This document shows positions 58,808 to 64,000 of a stretch of DNA of 64,000 bases, in pieces. The position numbers were made by a program, and so were the translations under genes. Where the stretch lies: assembly GCA_026770705.1 (NCBI GenBank), contig JANJGN010000385.1, forward strand, positions 124,001 to 188,000. Direction: 5' to 3'. The notes beneath the pieces are model-generated. The model saw only the letters and a program-made list of their open reading frames with translations, ran no database searches and was not told the DNA's origin. The stretch's first letter is position 1. Each line of letters opens with the position of its first letter. The DNA is from Isurus oxyrinchus (lineage: Eukaryota).

Positions 58808-60520
58808 GTAATATCATCGTCAGCTTGGACAGATTTATGGTAAAGGGTCTTTGTAAAGATCAATCTTATTGATCTCTGATTGGGAACTAATTCAGCAGTG
58901 AGCCAGTGTACAAACTCATACCAAGTCCCATTCACCCATCACCCCTGTGCTCACTGATATACACTGACTCCCTGTCTGACAGCAGAATTGGAGGAGAATA
59001 GAGATCTCAGAGGGTTGTAGGGGCTGGAGACGGTTACACAATTAGGCAGGATTGTAGCAGCTAGAGCAGGATCTTAAACTTCAGGTGATGTCGAGTGTTG
59101 GTCAGTGATAGATGGGGAGTGATGGGTTGAGCAGAAAATCAGGGAAAGAACCTGAAATCTATCCAGGTGCTAGGACTCTGATAGCAAAAACCTGAAATTT
59201 GTGTCTTTTGCTGATTTTGGTCAGAATTTCCCATGAAGACAACACAGCAGCTCCTAGAATAGACAGGCTGTTCAGTGTCACACTTCCTGCCCATTCTCAC
59301 CATGCTAGATACTTCAATAAGGGAGCAAGATAACTGAAAGAGAGAAGGGAGGCAAAGCTGTCTGTGTGTAAAACTGTCAAATATTCTGAGTTATCATGAT
59401 TGTCTCTGACCTGCTGCAGAGTTTAAATTTCACAGAATCTGAGCACTTTGCAGCTCAGAGAGAGACCATTGACTCACTGCCTGAAAGGGCGGTGGAAGCA
59501 GATTCAACAGGAACTTTCAGAAGGGGAACTGGATAAATACTTGAAGGGGACATTTTGCAGGGCTTTGAAGGAGAGAGCAGAGCTGAGCGTGGGAATAATT
59601 AGACAGATATTTCAAAGCCTCAACTATTCACAATCTACATTAATGACTTGGATGAAGAGACTGACTGTACTGTCGGCAGATTTTCTGATTGTATGGTGAA
59701 GATAGGTAGCAAATATATAAGCTGTGCTGGAAAGCTGGTTGTGAGGAGGACACAAAGAGGCTGCAGAGGGAGATAAATAGTTTCAGTGAGTGGATAAAAA
59801 AATGAGTGGTTGGCATAGAAGGAATGGAAAATATCAGGGTGTCCAGCTGATCCTACTTGTTCTGTTCTTATATTCTTATACATACACAGGGTTTACTGAC
59901 AGTGCACAGCAAAGTGCGGTTCACTCACTTTGTTCCAACTTCCTCTTTTAAACACACAGACACATTAACCCTTTCTGATTAAATACACAGAGGGAGCAGC
60001 ACAGGAAGAGGTCATTCAGCTCAAGCAGAGCGTGTGGGCAGTTCCTCCCCAGGCGAGCAGTCGGACAGGTCCTGGGTAAGTAACGGAACGATTGGAATTC
60101 ACTTCCACGACCAACACCGTCCTTTGCTGATGTTGACTTTATAAAGACAGATTCCAATGATTGATGCCTTTGAAAGATTTCTACTGATTATTGAGATCTG
60201 GTGTGAGGCTCAAGTCTGTTGTACTGCACATCTTTCTAGCTCAAGGGATGAGGGAAGTGGAGTGACGAGATTTTGGATGCCCTGAGGTGGTGAAAGGTGC
60301 TATACAAATGCAAATCCTTCATTGTTTTTCTTCCTTAAAGCCTTGTAACTCTCTGCAGAGCACCTATCATCCCACCGTGAATCAAATTAGTCAGTGAAGA
60401 CATTGTCTAAAAGGAGTTCTGATCTTGCAAGAGCTGTCGGACAAGAGGTGAGGACTCATTAAATTCTTTCTCTTTCAGAGTTTGAGATTGAGAAGTGAAT
60501 GGAATATCTGGGAGTGGACA

Positions 60521-60560
60521 ATGATCGGGAAATGTTACTTCCTCCTGTCACTTCTCCAAG
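60521..60560 (+). CDS. Leader exon D3 coding part
   Basis: MIGKCYFLLSLLQ, exon 60479-60560. Confidence 0.65.
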
Positions 60561-62287
60561 GTAATATCATCGTCAGCTTGGACAGATTTATGGTAAAGTG
60601 TCTTTGTAAAGATCATTCTCATTGAGCTGTGATTGGGAACTAATTCAGCAGTGAGCCAGTGTACAAACTCATACCAAGTCCCATTCACCCATCACCCCTG
60701 TGCTCACTGAAATACACTGACTCCCTGTCTGACAGCAGAATTGGAGGAGAATAGAGATCTCAGAGCGTTGTAGGGGCTGGAGACGGTTACACAATTAGGC
60801 AGGATTGTAGCAGCTAGAGCAGAATCTTAAACTTCAGGTGATGTCGGCTGTTGGTCAGTGATAGATGGGGAGTGATGGGTTGAGCAGAAAATCAGGGAAA
60901 AAAACAGGGGGATGACAGCTATCCTGACGCTAGGACACGGATAACAATGCGCTGTAATTTTGTGTCTATTGCTGATTTTAGTCAGAATTTCCCATGAAGA
61001 CAACACAGCAGCTCCTAGAATAGACAGGCTGTTCAGTGTCACACTTCCTGTCCATTCTCACCTTGCTAGATACTTCAATAAGGGAGCAAGATAACTGAAA
61101 GAGACAAGGAAGGTAAAGCTGTCCGTGTGTAAAGGTGTCAAATATTCTGAGTTATCATGAGTGTCTCTGACCTGCTGCAGAGTTTAAATTTCACAGAATC
61201 TGAGCACTTTGCAGCTCAGAGAGAGACCATTGACTCACTGCCTGAAAGGGCGGTGGAAGCAGATTCAACAGGAACTTTCAGAAGGGGAACTGGATAAATA
61301 CTTGAAGGGGACATTTTGCAGGGCTTTGGAGGAGAGAGCAGAGCTGAGCGTGGGAATAATTAGACAGATATTTCAAAGCATCAACTATTCACAATCTACA
61401 TTAGTGACTTGGATGAAGGGACTGACTGTACTGTAGGCAGATTTTCTGACTGTATGGTGAAGATAGGTAGGAAATATATAAGCTGTGCAGGAAAGCAAGT
61501 TGTGAGGAGGACACAAAGAGGCTGCAGAGGAAGATAAATAGTTTCAGTGAGTGGATAAAAAAATGAGTGGCTGGCATGTAAGGAATGAAAATGTCAGGGT
61601 GTCCAGCTGATCCTACTTGTTCTGTTCTTATATTCTTATACAGACACAGGGTTTGCTAACAGTGCACAGCTAAGTGCTGTTCACTCACTTTGTTCCAACT
61701 TCCTCATTTTGTCTCACAGAGACACATCAGCTCTTTCTAATTAAATACACAGAGGGAGCAGCACAGGAAGAGGTCATTCAGCCCAAGCAGAGCGTGTGGG
61801 CAGTTCCTCCCCAGGCGAGCAGTCGGACAGGTCCTGGGTAAGTAACGGAACGATTGGAATTCACTTCCACCGCCAACACCGTACTTTGTTGATGTTGTGA
61901 CTTTATAAAGACAGATTCCAATGATTGATGCCTTTGAAAGATTTCTACTGATTATTGAGATCTGGGTGTGAGGGTCAAGTCTGTTGTACAGAACATCTTT
62001 CTAGCTCAAGGGATGAGGGAAGTGGAGTGACATGAGATTTTGGATGCTCTGAGGTGGTGAAAGGTGCTATACAAATGCAAATCCTTCATTGTTTTTCTTC
62101 CTTAAAGCCTTGTAACTCTCTGCAGAGCACCTATCATCCCACCGTGAATCAAATTAGTCAGTGAAGACATTGTCTAAAAGGAGTTCTGATCTCTTGAGAG
62201 CTGTCGGACAAGAGGTGAGGTCTCATTAACTCCTTTCTCTTTCAGAGTTTGAGATTGAGAAGTGAATGTAATATCTGGGAGTAGACA

Positions 62288-62327
62288 ATGATCGGGAAAT
62301 CTTACTTCCTCCTGTCACTTCTCCAAG
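62288..62327 (+). CDS. Leader exon D4 coding part
   Basis: MIGKSYFLLSLLQ, exon 62246-62327; the downstream intron resembles gene A intron 2, so a V exon is expected beyond the window. Confidence 0.72.
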
Positions 62328-63493
62328 GTAATATGATCGTCAGCTTGGACAGATTTATGGTAAAGGGTCTTTGTAAAGATCATTCTTATTGAGCTGTGAT
62401 TGGGAACTAATTCAGCAGTGAGCCAGTGTATAAACTCACACCAAGTCCCATTCACCCATCACCCCTGTGCTCACTGATATACACTGACTCCCTGTCTGAC
62501 AGCAGAATTGGAGAAGAATAGTGATCTCAGAGCGTTGTAGGGGCTGGAGACGGTTACACAATTAGGCAGGATTGTAGCAGCTAGAGCAGAATCTTAAACT
62601 TCAGGTGATGTCGGCTGTTGGTCAGTGATAGATGGGGAGTGATGGGTTGAGAAGTAAATCAGGGAAAGAACCTGGGGGATGAAATCTATCCAGGTGCTAG
62701 GATTCTGATAGCAATATCCTGAAATTTGTGTCTTTTGCTGATTTTGGTCAGAATTTCCCATGAAGACAACACAGCAGCTCCTAGAATAGACAGGCTGTTC
62801 AGTGTCACACTTCCTGTCCATTCACACCATGCCAGAAACTTTGATAAGGGAGCAAGATCACTGAAAGAGAGAAGGGAGGCAAAGCTGTCTGTGTATTCTG
62901 AGTTATCATGATTGTCTCTGATCTGCTGCAGAGTTTAAATTTCACAGAATCTGAGCACTTTGCAGCTCAGAGAGAGACCATTGACTCACTGCCTGAAAGG
63001 GCGGTGGAAGCAGATTCAACAGGAACTTTCAGAAGGGGAACTGGATAAATACTTGAAGGGAAATTTGCAGGGATGTGTGAAAGGTGCTGGAGAGGAATTG
63101 GGAAAGAGCCAGCACATGCACGATGGGTCAAATGAGCTCCTCCTGTGCTGTATCATTCAACAATCAGAGAATTTTAGATCCTTATCAGCAAATCTTCAGA
63201 ATCCTGCTGAATCATGGATATTTCAGAAGGACAGTTAACAAGAGGTTTCTGGTATCAGCGTTTCATATGGGACCCAGTTCAGTTTGAACAAATAAACAAC
63301 GTCATCCTGAAAGTCATGAACCCACCACAGCGGCACCTCCGACACATGCAGAGCTCAGGCTAGAGGCGCTTTGTTAGTGTGTTTCACAGGGTCTGCTGGA
63401 GTAGGGTCAGTGCTGAGCTTGGGGACAAGTCAGTCTACAATGCTGCATCGGAATCAACAATACAACAATATGGGGTTTGGATCAGAAATAATC

Positions 63494-63720
63494 CCTTAGA
63501 CAATGAGGATCCAAAGAGATTCCTTAGACAATGAAGATCCAAAGAGATTCCTTAGACAATGAGGATCCAAAGAGATTCCTTAGACAATGAGGATCCAAAG
63601 AGATTCCTTAGACAATGAAGATCCAAAGAGATTCCTTAGACAATGAGGATCCAAAGAGATTCCTTAGACAATGAAGATCCAAAGAGATTCCTTAGACAAA
63701 GAGCATCCAAAGAGATTTCT
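63494..63720. repeat. 28-bp tandem repeat (CCTTAGACAATGAGGATCCAAAGAGATT), ~8 copies
   Basis: Direct; ~3 copies of the same unit at ~14345-14435 on the - strand. Confidence 0.92.
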
Positions 63721-64000
63721 TATTCCATTGGTTGTCTAATTGTGGTCCATGATTTTCCAAGGGGTCCTTGGCAGAATCAAATTATCGAGCAAGAGAGAGA
63801 AAAACACCGGAGAGAACGGGAAAGGTGGGTTGGGTTCATGACTTTCAAAGATGGTGTTGTTTATTTGTTCAAACTGAACTGGGCCCCACACAAAACGCTG
63901 ATACCAGAAACCTCTTGTTCCCTGTCCTTCTGAAATATCCGTGACTTCAGCAGGATTCTGAAGAGTTGCTGATGGAGGAACAGAAACCCAATTTTTTTTT

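Larger units (their letters stand above)
56018..63060 (+). repeat. Tandem array of four ~1.76-kb promoter/exon 1/leader-exon cassettes (gene D 5' end)
   Basis: Unit starts 56018, 57858, 59617, 61378; exon-1 donors after 56553, 58317, 60075, 61837; the copies differ by scattered substitutions and indels. Confidence 0.93.

Noticed and set aside
56018-63060. Array as a pure assembly artefact
   Set aside because: Units have many private substitutions, indels and a ~95-bp insertion unique to unit 1; long-read confirmation is still advisable

Overview
Vertebrate genomic DNA, most likely a cartilaginous fish (inferred from the repeat content: CR1/L2 LINEs, Penelope relics, SINE-derived minisatellites). 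The window holds a cluster of multi-exon Siglec/MAG-like Ig-superfamily receptor genes, which I reconstructed by hand from splice signals and exon phases. Gene A (- strand, ~15.8 kb to ~1.1 kb) has leader, V, two C2 domains, an uncharged TM and YxN/ITIM tail exons whose linkage is uncertain. Gene B (+, 20.2-34.3 kb) has a leader, one intact V, a dead second V, damaged C2 exons and an intact Arg-containing TM with a short tail, i.e. activating type. Gene C (+, 37.5-51.0 kb) is a complete 569-aa model: leader, V, three C2, a TM containing Glu, and an ITIM-like plus ITSM tail. At 56.0-63.1 kb a tandem array of four ~1.76-kb promoter/5'UTR-exon/leader-exon cassettes presumably feeds a V exon beyond the window. 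The V domains are almost identical apart from one hypervariable BC/CC' segment. The overall picture is a candidate paired inhibitory/activating Siglec-like system. Further observations are sense-oriented minimal hammerhead ribozymes in the V-C2 introns of A and C, a five-copy conserved non-coding element, and diverged intronic enhancer motifs. Most long ORFs in the ORF track are minisatellite or transposon artefacts. No prokaryotic features, CRISPR arrays, rRNA or tRNA genes were seen.
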